Assembly: GCA_013289395.1 (NCBI GenBank)
Contig: JABCZY010000002.1
Coordinates: 1 to 57,602, forward strand
DNA: 57,602 nucleotides
From: Bacteroidota bacterium
GTDB taxonomy: Bacteria; Bacteroidota; Bacteroidia; JABEUT01
Direction: 5' to 3'
Within the stretch, counting starts at the first letter, position 1, and every line of letters begins with the position of its first letter. Shown piece after piece: positions 25,787 to 33,773 of this stretch. A model generated the notes under the pieces. The model was not told where the DNA came from and did not search any database. It saw nothing but the letters and a program-made list of their open reading frames with translations. The translations under genes were made by a program, and so were the position numbers.

Positions 25787-26725
25787 ATGAAATCTAACAT
25801 TTTAAAAACAGGTATCTATTCAATTGCTATTGCTGCATTGTTAGCAGGCTGTAAAGGTTCATCGAACGGCAGTTTTCAAACCGATGAAACCACAGGCGTT
25901 CAATATCGTTTCTTTAAGCACGATGATAAAGGCGCTAAACCTGTTACCGGAGATTTTGCGAATGTGCAAATGATCGGTAAAACAGAAAAGGATTCTGTTC
26001 TTTTTAACTCTATAAAACAGGGTGGTGATTCACTTGGCACTTTTAAAATACCTATAAGCAATGGTTTTAAAGGTTGCCTTGAACAAGGCTTTACATTAAT
26101 GGCACAAGGCGATAGCGCTGAATTTAAAGTAAGCGCCGATTCACTTTATTTGAAGTCTTTCCACCAACCTAAGCTTCCGGCTTTTATTCGCCCGGGTAGC
26201 TTTATAACTTTCAACATTAAGCTTGTGAAGTTTGAAACAGCAGCACAGGTGAAAGAAGAACGTAATCAAATGATGCAGAAGCGTATGGCAGAAATGCAGG
26301 CACGTAAAGCTGCAGAGCCTGGTATGATCGCAAAATATATTGCAGACAATAAAGTAACTGCCAAGCCAAGTCCTGACAGTCTTTTCTTTGTTATGCGCGA
26401 TGGAAAGAGTGGCAAAGCAATTAAGGATGGTGACTCTGTTTATGTAAAATACACCGGCATGTTGCTCGACAACACCGTATTTGAAACTTCAGACCATGGC
26501 CCTGGCCACAATTCTATTACCGTAGTTTACAACAAGGATATGCACCTTATTCGTGGCTGGGTAGAAGCATTGGGCACCATGCACGAAGGTGAAAAAGTAA
26601 GAATACTTTTGCCTTCAGCTATTGCTTATGGACCACAAGGCGCACCTCATTCTCAAATGATATTACCATACACTCCACTTGTTTTCGATCTGGAAATATT
26701 GAAAGTGGTTTCTCCTAAAAAATAA
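25787..26725 (+). CDS. FKBP-type peptidyl-prolyl isomerase lipoprotein (two-domain)
   Basis: Lipobox LLAGCKG. C-terminal GDSVYVKYTGMLLDNTVFETS...LIRGWVEALGTMHEGEKVRILLPSAIAYGPQG...LVFDLEILKV. Confidence 0.85.
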   Translation: MKSNILKTGIYSIAIAALLAGCKGSSNGSFQTDETTGVQYRFFKHDDKGAKPVTGDFANVQMIGKTEKDSVLFNSIKQGGDSLGTFKIPISNGFKGCLEQGFTLMAQGDSAEFKVSADSLYLKSFHQPKLPAFIRPGSFITFNIKLVKFETAAQVKEERNQMMQKRMAEMQARKAAEPGMIAKYIADNKVTAKPSPDSLFFVMRDGKSGKAIKDGDSVYVKYTGMLLDNTVFETSDHGPGHNSITVVYNKDMHLIRGWVEALGTMHEGEKVRILLPSAIAYGPQGAPHSQMILPYTPLVFDLEILKVVSPKK

Positions 26726-26731
26726 ATTAAG

Positions 26732-26766
26732 ATTCCCGGCATAAAAACCGGGGATTTCTTTTTTCT
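26732..26766 (+). terminator. Weak terminator candidate between FKBP genes 2 and 3
   Basis: TTCCCGG..CCGGGGA imperfect hairpin followed by TTTCTTTTTT. Confidence 0.4.
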
Positions 26767-26780
26767 AACACAGCCCTTTT

Positions 26781-27794
26781 ATGACAATACGATTTCATTC
26801 ATTATGTATGTTTTTTGGTACCATAGCCATTGCAAGCATTACTACTGCGCAAACAAAAAGCACAGCTAACCCTGCTGCTAAAAAAACAGCGCCTGCAAAG
26901 CCAACTTTTACAAAGGACCCTGTTACAGGAGTGGAGTATCACTTTTTTAAACACGATAAAACCGGAAAGAAGCCGAAGCCTGCAATGGGTGATTTCGCCA
27001 GCATGGTATTGATATATGAAACTGAAGGCGATTCAATAATTTTCGATTCGCATAAAAAAGGCGGCGATTCACTTGGTTCAGTTACTATACCGGTTAAGAA
27101 GACCTTTAATGGTTGCCTGGAACAAGGTATTGCAATGATGGCTGTTGGAGACAGTGCTGAATTTAAGGTTAACATTGACTCCCTATTCATTAAAACTTTC
27201 CACACACGCGGCGTACCTCCTCAAATGAAGTCGTATAAGAACATTGTTTTCCAGGTAAAGCTTCTTAAAATTCAAACTGAGAAGGAAATAATGGACGCAC
27301 AGATTAAAGCGGCAAACGAAGTAAAAATAAAAGAGCAGAAGTCAATCGCCAAATATCTTACCGATAGTAACATTCATGTAAGCCCAACTGCAGATAGTTT
27401 ATTTATACTTAAACAAACCAGCTCAACCAATGCGTTGGTACAGGATGGTGATTCGGTATTTGTTACATACGTTGGAAAATTACTTAATGGAAATGTATTC
27501 GATCAATCGGCCGATCATGCTGGTGTACAAGGATTTGTAAATGTAGATGGAAGACCTACTCTTGCCATGGTGTATAATAGCCAATCTATGCCACTTATTA
27601 AAGGCTGGATTGAGGCTATGGGAAAAATGCACATGGGAGATAAAATAACCATACTTTGCCCTTCGGCATTAGCTTATGGTTCACGGGCAATGGGGCCAAA
27701 AATTCCGGCCTACTCTCCTTTGATATTTGATATGGAAATGCTTAAGGTAGTTCCTAAAGCAGCCAACGGAGGAGTGAAAATTGATGCTAGATAA
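26781..27794 (+). CDS. FKBP-type peptidyl-prolyl isomerase, secreted (two-domain paralogue of 25787-26725)
   Basis: Signal peptide ending TTAQ. The N-terminal domain aligns with the preceding gene (GVEYHFFKHDKTGKKP / GVQYRFFKHDDKGAKP; GCLEQGIAMMAVGDSAEFKV / GCLEQGFTLMAQGDSAEFKV). The C-terminal FKBP core has LIKGWIEAMGKMHMGDKITILCPSALAYG. Confidence 0.85.
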   Translation: MTIRFHSLCMFFGTIAIASITTAQTKSTANPAAKKTAPAKPTFTKDPVTGVEYHFFKHDKTGKKPKPAMGDFASMVLIYETEGDSIIFDSHKKGGDSLGSVTIPVKKTFNGCLEQGIAMMAVGDSAEFKVNIDSLFIKTFHTRGVPPQMKSYKNIVFQVKLLKIQTEKEIMDAQIKAANEVKIKEQKSIAKYLTDSNIHVSPTADSLFILKQTSSTNALVQDGDSVFVTYVGKLLNGNVFDQSADHAGVQGFVNVDGRPTLAMVYNSQSMPLIKGWIEAMGKMHMGDKITILCPSALAYGSRAMGPKIPAYSPLIFDMEMLKVVPKAANGGVKIDAR

Positions 27795-27818
27795 ATAAAA
27801 CAGATTAAATTTATTACA

Positions 27819-28229
27819 ATGGCTACAGAAAGTCCCGAAAAAACTGCAATAGCAAAGCACATTGCTGAGAAACATTCCAATGCAAAACACCTGGAAGACA
27901 GTTTATATATTCTTACCAATACCGCCGGCAGTGGAAAAGCTGTAAGTAACGGAGATAATGTTGAAGTGCGCTACAAAGGCATGTTCCTTGATGGTAAAGT
28001 ATTTGACCAATCAGCCAACCATGGTGGCAAAGGCACTTTTAGTTTTGTGTATAGCCCGGATGTTCCGCTAATTAAAGGCTGGATAAAAGTTATTGGTAAT
28101 ATGCGCGAAGGGGAAAAAATTTCTGTTTTAATTCCTTCATGGCTTGCATACGGGCAACATGGTGCAGGAGGATTGATCCCCGGAAATACACCTTTAGTAT
28201 TTGATATTGAAGTGGTTAAAGTTGGCTAA
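27819..28229 (+). CDS. FKBP-type peptidyl-prolyl isomerase, single domain, no signal peptide
   Basis: GDNVEVRYKGMFLDGKVFDQS...LIKGWIKVIGNMREGEKISVLIPSWLAYGQHG...LVFDIEVVKV. Confidence 0.85.
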   Translation: MATESPEKTAIAKHIAEKHSNAKHLEDSLYILTNTAGSGKAVSNGDNVEVRYKGMFLDGKVFDQSANHGGKGTFSFVYSPDVPLIKGWIKVIGNMREGEKISVLIPSWLAYGQHGAGGLIPGNTPLVFDIEVVKVG

Positions 28230-28240
28230 TAGCCGGAAAT

Positions 28241-28348
28241 AAAAAAGGGTAAGCTACTTACATCGCGCCGCTCAACCGTAATGCCCTTGCTTCCTTCCGA
28301 ACCTGGGGGAGTTAAACAGGAGCTGGCCGTATAAGGCTTACCCGCCGC
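28241..28348 (-). ncRNA. ffs: Signal recognition particle RNA (small bacterial 4.5S-type SRP RNA)
   Basis: The reverse complement reads ..GGGUAAGCC..CUGUUUAACUCCCCCAGGUUCGGAAGGAAGCAAGGGC..GCUUACCCUUUUUU. The CAGGUxCGGAAGGAAGCA core matches conserved domain IV of E. coli 4.5S RNA (CAGGUCCGGAAGGAAGCAGCC). The closing helix is GGGUAAGC/GCUUACCC (28336-28343 / 28247-28254), followed by a 3' U-run. The segment is locally GC-rich and has no ORF. The ends are approximate. Confidence 0.8.
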
Positions 28349-28358
28349 AAATGTATTA

Positions 28359-29000
28359 TTATTTCCTTGTCGCGAGGCTTTTCAATGCAACCGAAGATTG
28401 AAATTCGTTGGCATACCGCTTAATAACCTCTGCAGTAAACACTTTTTCTTCTTCTATTCTGCCTATTACAGGGTATTTACAAAACGAAAATATAGCCCGC
28501 TCAGACTCCTTATTAGGTGCACCATTAAGTACAACTCCCAATACTGGAATATTTCTTTGTTGCAAAGCCTGCAACGTAAGTATTGAATGGTTAATGCTAC
28601 CGAGATATTGTTTTATAACCACTATAACCTCTGCATTCAGCGATTGAATCAGATCAATAATTAACTCCCTTTCATTAAGTGGAACCATTAATCCGCCGGC
28701 ACCTTCTATTACCAGGTAATTTGAAGTTTTAGGTGCAGTAATATCTGAAACGCTTAATGAAATATTTTCAGCTGCAGCAGCTGCATGAGGAGAAGCAGGC
28801 ATTTTCAACCGAAACGCCTCCGGGTGAATAACAGTTTTTTTATTTGATATAAACCTGCGTACTTGTTCAGTGTCGGTGCCATCATCAAAACCACATTGAA
28901 CGGGTTTCCAGTAATCGGCTTGCAAGGCTTCAGTTATAACAGCTGAAGCAATTGTCTTCCCTATCCCCGTTCCTATTCCTGTTATAAATATTCTCTTCAT
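28359..29000 (-). CDS. bioD: Dethiobiotin synthase
   Basis: MKRIFITGIGTGIGKTIASAVI (P-loop), ADYWKPVQCG, VIEGAGGLMVPL. The start overlaps the bioF stop by 1 nt. Confidence 0.9.
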   Translation of the reverse strand: MKRIFITGIGTGIGKTIASAVITEALQADYWKPVQCGFDDGTDTEQVRRFISNKKTVIHPEAFRLKMPASPHAAAAAENISLSVSDITAPKTSNYLVIEGAGGLMVPLNERELIIDLIQSLNAEVIVVIKQYLGSINHSILTLQALQQRNIPVLGVVLNGAPNKESERAIFSFCKYPVIGRIEEEKVFTAEVIKRYANEFQSSVALKSLATRK

Positions 29001-30115
29001 TATTTCAACTCCTCTCCTATTACTTTCATTAACAGATCAATTTCAGCCTTTGTATTATATGAATGCAGGCATACACGTATTCTTTCTTTCCCTTTAGGCA
29101 CAGTAGGGCTTACAATCGGCCTTACATCCATATCATGCTTCTGAATAGCCTTAGCCAAGGCTCTTACATTTTCGTTTCCCGGCACTATAAGGCTTTGTAT
29201 TGCACTGGTGCTATTCAGCCAGCTATGCTTTGTTTCTATCTTACTTCTGAAATAGCTGATGTTTGCCTGCAACTCTTCAGCGGCTTTTCTTTCTGAAACT
29301 AATAACTTATAGGCACATTCAATACTTACAAGGCTATGCGAAGGCAAAGCCGTTGTATAAATAAATGAGCGTGCATAATTTATTAAGTATTGCTTTAATG
29401 TGTTATTACCAATTACAACCGCACCATGGCAACCCATAGCTTTTCCAAATGTATGCACACGGGCAAAAACTTTATCTTGCAAATTAAATTGCTGCACTAA
29501 GCCCATTCCAAAAACTCCGGTAGCATGAGCTTCGTCAACAATCAGGTTTAGGCTATACTTACTGCATAAACCTTCAAGTTCTTCCATAAATGTTACATCA
29601 CCATCCATGGAATAAACCGACTCTACTATAACAAAAATATTTCCTTTAGCAGCTTTTAATCTTTCGTGTAAGTGTTCAATATCATTATGCCTGAATGAAA
29701 AACTATCAGCTTTGGAAAGCCTCATGCCATCGTGAATAGATGCATGCACCAGTTCATCATAAAGTATAGTATCTCCCCGTGTTGGAACAGATGATAGCAA
29801 ACCCACATTAGCATCATATCCTGAATTAAAAAGCAATGCCGCTTCAGCCTGGTGGATAGTTGCGAGAAATGCTTCCAATTCTTCGGCATAGGTTGAATTC
29901 CCTGTTAAAAGCCTTGAACCACCGGAACCATTACTGGCTTTCAGTTTACTCATAGCTGCCTCAATATTCTCATTGAGTAGCGGAGACCTGGCAAAGCCCA
30001 AATAATCGTTTGAGCTGAAATCAATGCTTTTGTCTGAAACAGATAATTTCCGTAGGGCTCCAATGCTTTCTCTCTTTATCAGAGCTTCTGTAATAAACTT
30101 ATCGGCTGGGAACAT
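29000..30115 (-). CDS. bioF: 8-amino-7-oxononanoate synthase (PLP-dependent alpha-oxoamine synthase)
   Basis: DFSSNDYLGF, GSGGSRLLTGN, DEAHATGVFG and TFGKAMG (PLP Lys context). It is adjacent to bioD. Confidence 0.85.
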   Translation of the reverse strand: MFPADKFITEALIKRESIGALRKLSVSDKSIDFSSNDYLGFARSPLLNENIEAAMSKLKASNGSGGSRLLTGNSTYAEELEAFLATIHQAEAALLFNSGYDANVGLLSSVPTRGDTILYDELVHASIHDGMRLSKADSFSFRHNDIEHLHERLKAAKGNIFVIVESVYSMDGDVTFMEELEGLCSKYSLNLIVDEAHATGVFGMGLVQQFNLQDKVFARVHTFGKAMGCHGAVVIGNNTLKQYLINYARSFIYTTALPSHSLVSIECAYKLLVSERKAAEELQANISYFRSKIETKHSWLNSTSAIQSLIVPGNENVRALAKAIQKHDMDVRPIVSPTVPKGKERIRVCLHSYNTKAEIDLLMKVIGEELK

Positions 30116-30135
30116 AAAGATTTAGCAAAAATTCA

Positions 30136-30876
30136 TCAGATCTTCGAAATATCACCTCTTATTCCAAATGAAATTATGCCCGAATATATGTTATGAATTA
30201 TTACGCTGGGACTTTCATTCCTATTATTATGAAAGTATTTATACTCAAATTCAGGATTAATAAATACCTGTATGTTTTCAATTACTTCATACGCAAATAA
30301 AAATCCGGCGCTTGCATGGTATGTACTTGCAAGCTGATCGTCACCAAAAAAATTGAGATGCCTTATTCCGTTATAGCCATAAAACCCTGCATTCATATCA
30401 TATTCAAGTGAATAAGGCTTCCCGGCACAAAATGAAAATGGCACATGAACCAGCGCATATATTTCATTGAACCAGAAATTCTCTGTAAAAAGCAGGTAGT
30501 TATCTGGTATACTTCTACCCGAACTATCTGAAGAAACAAGAGAGAGTTTATCCATCGAAAATTTCTCAAACCTAACACCCATTCCAACCCGAACCTTTCC
30601 TACAGGAGCACATACTGAAAAATCGTACTTGTACATGGGGTTGGTAGCTTGTAATTTTAAGTTACCATACTTTATTACAGTACCATCTAAATTATACAAG
30701 GGCGCATCGTAAAACTGAGAATTCCACCGGGCACTGCCTACACCATAACTAAATGAAACGTAGTACTTTTTAGTGGTAGTTTTTTTAGAGTCTTCGTAAT
30801 ATGACTGAGCAAACAATCTTACCGACGAAAGAGAGATCAAAACGAACAAAGAAAGTCGCTTAATAGTTTTTTTCAT
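30136..30876 (-). CDS. Uncharacterised outer-membrane beta-barrel-like protein
   Basis: Signal peptide ending LFAQ and alternating aromatic/hydrophobic strands. It lies 20 nt upstream of bioF on the same strand. Confidence 0.5.
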   Translation of the reverse strand: MKKTIKRLSLFVLISLSSVRLFAQSYYEDSKKTTTKKYYVSFSYGVGSARWNSQFYDAPLYNLDGTVIKYGNLKLQATNPMYKYDFSVCAPVGKVRVGMGVRFEKFSMDKLSLVSSDSSGRSIPDNYLLFTENFWFNEIYALVHVPFSFCAGKPYSLEYDMNAGFYGYNGIRHLNFFGDDQLASTYHASAGFLFAYEVIENIQVFINPEFEYKYFHNNRNESPSVIIHNIYSGIISFGIRGDISKI

Positions 30877-31004
30877 TCAAAATGATCTCAATTATTATTC
30901 CGCAATTTAACAAATAAATTACTCTTTGCAAACTTGTAAGGTGAAACAATTATTTAGAACCGGCGGAATGCCTCAAAACAGACTGAAAATAAGTAAATTA
31001 CAGA

Positions 31005-31838
31005 TTAATTATAGCTTGCACAAGGCTTACTGTGCATACGCAGTCTGAAAGAAAGTACTATTCCTGCAAAGGAATACCAATCATCCTTACCATTACCTCG
31101 TTGTTCACCAATATCAGATGCCTTATCAGCTGTCAGGCTCCTGTCAGCTAAAGTTACAGCCATCGCTCCATTAAGACCTCTATTAGCCAGCAAAATAGCA
31201 GGGTTTACATATGTTCCGCTTACATCATCAATATATCCTGTAAAGGTTTTTCTCATGCCCCATTCTAAACTTATGCAAATTGTTTTAGAGAAATTAGCCT
31301 TTATGCCAATTCCAAAAGGTATAGCAGGTTGAACCAGAGCATAGGGGCGGTTTGGATTAGCAGAAGTTCCCTGGCCTTCGGTACCAAGTGGCTGCAATGC
31401 AACCCACTGGGTACCAACTAAACCCTGCGGGTTCATTTCAAATGCACCAAAGCCGGCGAAAATATATGGACTAAATGAATGTTTTGGGTCTCCCAGCTCA
31501 TATTCAAGGAAATTAAATTCCACCTGGGCTGATAATTCATCTATAGGAGATTCAAAATTAAGGTTTCGTTCTCGTTGAGATGATGATTTCGACTGAGAGT
31601 CATCGCCGGAAACTTCTCCAAAGAACAGGTTTGCCCTAACAGCTAAACGGTTACTTAGTGTATATCGGCAAACAGCGCCGGCAGCAATATGTGTAAACTG
31701 GTCAAAAAAGCCATTGGGATTTAATTCGCCCAAATAATAAGAGCAACCTAAAAAGGGGCCTATTTCAAGGTTTCGTTGAGCAAATACGCTGGAAGTATAC
31801 AATACTGCCCCTAAAAACAATGCAATTAACTTCTTCAT
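31005..31838 (-). CDS. Outer-membrane beta-barrel protein, DUF6089-like
   Basis: ATG at 31838 gives MKKLIALFLGAVLYTSSVFAQ. LEIGPFLGCSYYLGELNP, RNLNFESPIDELSAQVEFNF, LQPLGTEGQG and MRKTFTGYIDDVSGTY fit my recollection of that family. Not confirmed by a search. Confidence 0.55.
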   Translation of the reverse strand: MKKLIALFLGAVLYTSSVFAQRNLEIGPFLGCSYYLGELNPNGFFDQFTHIAAGAVCRYTLSNRLAVRANLFFGEVSGDDSQSKSSSQRERNLNFESPIDELSAQVEFNFLEYELGDPKHSFSPYIFAGFGAFEMNPQGLVGTQWVALQPLGTEGQGTSANPNRPYALVQPAIPFGIGIKANFSKTICISLEWGMRKTFTGYIDDVSGTYVNPAILLANRGLNGAMAVTLADRSLTADKASDIGEQRGNGKDDWYSFAGIVLSFRLRMHSKPCASYN

Positions 31839-31962
31839 ACGCGAATTTGCTATAATGGCGGAAAATCTAATCATTAACCTTGCAAACGTAGTAATCTTCC
31901 ACTTATTTTCCAATAAATTTACAGAAAAGTTCAATAAATACTTATTAACAGAGTTTTTTTTA

Positions 31963-31970
31963 TATCTTTG
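31963..31970 (+). promoter_or_regulatory. Bacteroidota -7 box TATCTTTG for the rimP-nusA-infB operon
   Basis: Exact TAnnTTTG match, 66 nt upstream of the rimP ATG. Confidence 0.4.
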
Positions 31971-31996
31971 CAGCCGATTTTAAGTAAGTGACTTGA

Positions 31997-32024
31997 GGAG
32001 GAGGAAAAAATGACCTCCTTTTTT
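31997..32024 (+). terminator. Weak intrinsic-terminator-like hairpin in the rimP-nusA leader (candidate attenuator)
   Basis: AGGAGG (31999-32004) pairs with CCTCCT (32014-32019). The loop is 9 nt and TTTTTT follows. It lies between the -7 box and the rimP start. No upstream plus-strand gene needs a terminator here. Confidence 0.35.
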
Positions 32025-32035
32025 GTTTATACTAA

Positions 32036-32479
32036 ATGAGTATTTTGGAAGACATAAGAACCTTTTTCAACGAACAGCAAAACGATGGTTATTTCCTGGT
32101 GGATATAAAATCATTGTCAGCTGACCGCATTATGGTATTTGCAGATACCGTTAAGGGAATAACAATAGATGAATGCAGTTCACTGCACCGTAAGCTGATA
32201 GAACAAATTGCTTCGGCAGGTGATTTTGAAATTACAGTATCGTCTCCGGGACTTGACGAGCCTTTTAAAGTACCCCAGCAATACAATAAGTACATTGGTA
32301 AAACAGTTAGTGTTATTACTACCGAAGGGCAAAAATACAATGGTACATTAACCTCATTTGAACCGGAAAAAATAGAAATTGAAGAACAGAAAAAATCAGA
32401 AATAGTTAAACGTTCATTTAATTTAAATACAATAAAATCAACACAGCTATCTTTATCTTTTAAAAACCATAAAAAATGA
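32036..32479 (+). CDS. rimP: Ribosome maturation factor RimP
   Basis: Size, position immediately upstream of nusA with a 4-nt ATGA overlap, and the SSPGLDEPFK motif. Confidence 0.85.
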   Translation: MSILEDIRTFFNEQQNDGYFLVDIKSLSADRIMVFADTVKGITIDECSSLHRKLIEQIASAGDFEITVSSPGLDEPFKVPQQYNKYIGKTVSVITTEGQKYNGTLTSFEPEKIEIEEQKKSEIVKRSFNLNTIKSTQLSLSFKNHKK

Positions 32480-33747
32480 CAAAGGCACCGAGCGCAGCAG
32501 AACAAAAAGAGGCAACGCACCTTAACATTATCGAGTCATTCTCCGAGTTTAAGGAGATGAAAAGCATTGATAAGGCGACCCTTATGAATGTTATTGAAGA
32601 TGTATTTAAAGCCATGCTTCGTAAACGCTATGAAACCGATGAGAATTTCGATATCATTGTAAACCCTGATAAGGGTGACGTGGAAATATACCGCAACCGT
32701 ACTATTGTTGAGGATGGTGCTGTAGAAAACCCGAATACACAAATAGCATATTCTGATGCTATTAAAATTGAACCTGACTTTGAAGTAGGTGAAGATGTAT
32801 CAGAGCCTGTTACCTTCAACGAATTCAGCCGCAGATCGATTTTAGCAGTAAGGCAAAACCTTAGCTCACGTATTTCTCAACTTGAAAAAGAATCATTATT
32901 TAAGAAATATAAAGAAAAAGAAGGCGATGTAGTAAGTGGCGAAGTATACCAGATCTGGAAAAAAGAGATCCTTATTATGGATGACGAAGGAAACGAACTT
33001 ATCATGCCAAGGACCGAACAGATTCCTTCTGACTTCTTTAAGAAAGGTGACACCATTCGCGCTGTAGTATTAAAGGTAGATATGAATGGTACAACACCAA
33101 TCATTACTTTATCACGTACCTCTCCATCGTTCCTTGAACGTTTATTTGAAATGGAAGTACCGGAAATTTTTGACGGACTTATTACTATTAAAAAGATTGT
33201 TCGTGAACCAGGCGAAAGAGCTAAGGTTGCAGTAGAATCATACGATGACCGTATCGACCCTGTTGGAGCTTGTGTTGGTGTAAAAGGTTCACGTATACAT
33301 GGTATTGTTCGTGAATTGAAGAACGAGAATATTGACGTTATCAATTACACAACCAATTCTACACTGCTTATTACCAGGGCGCTTAACCCTGCTAAAATAT
33401 CGTCAATTAAAATTGATGAAGAAAAGAAACATGCCGATGTATTCTTAAAACCTGACCAGGTATCACTTGCAATTGGTAAGGGCGGACATAACATTCGCCT
33501 GGCTGCAAGGCTAACCGGTTACGAAATTGATGTATACAGAGATGCAGAGAATTATACCGAAGACGTTCCATTGGAAGAATTTGGAGATGAAATTGAAGGA
33601 TGGATATTGGACGAACTCAAATCAATTGGTTGCGATACAGCTAAGAGCGTATTGGAACTAAGTGCTGAAGAGCTTGTGAAGAGAACCGACCTTGAAGAGG
33701 AAACAATTAAGGAAGTACGCAGTATTCTTCAGAAAGAATTTGAATAA
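32476..33747 (+). CDS. nusA: Transcription termination/antitermination factor NusA
   Basis: S1 domain ([18 protein letters not shown]), two KH domains ([21 protein letters not shown]; [18 protein letters not shown]), and the rimP-nusA-infB order. Confidence 0.95.
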   Translation: MTKAPSAAEQKEATHLNIIESFSEFKEMKSIDKATLMNVIEDVFKAMLRKRYETDENFDIIVNPDKGDVEIYRNRTIVEDGAVENPNTQIAYSDAIKIEPDFEVGEDVSEPVTFNEFSRRSILAVRQNLSSRISQLEKESLFKKYKEKEGDVVSGEVYQIWKKEILIMDDEGNELIMPRTEQIPSDFFKKGDTIRAVVLKVDMNGTTPIITLSRTSPSFLERLFEMEVPEIFDGLITIKKIVREPGERAKVAVESYDDRIDPVGACVGVKGSRIHGIVRELKNENIDVINYTTNSTLLITRALNPAKISSIKIDEEKKHADVFLKPDQVSLAIGKGGHNIRLAARLTGYEIDVYRDAENYTEDVPLEEFGDEIEGWILDELKSIGCDTAKSVLELSAEELVKRTDLEEETIKEVRSILQKEFE

Positions 33748-33773
33748 GATACTGTAAATCGCATTATTATAAT

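Noticed and set aside
32089-33344. Minus-strand ORFs of 143, 68, 63 and 155 aa inside rimP and nusA
   Set aside because: They are antisense to highly conserved housekeeping genes whose plus-strand frames carry unambiguous S1 and KH motifs. No independent evidence supports them.
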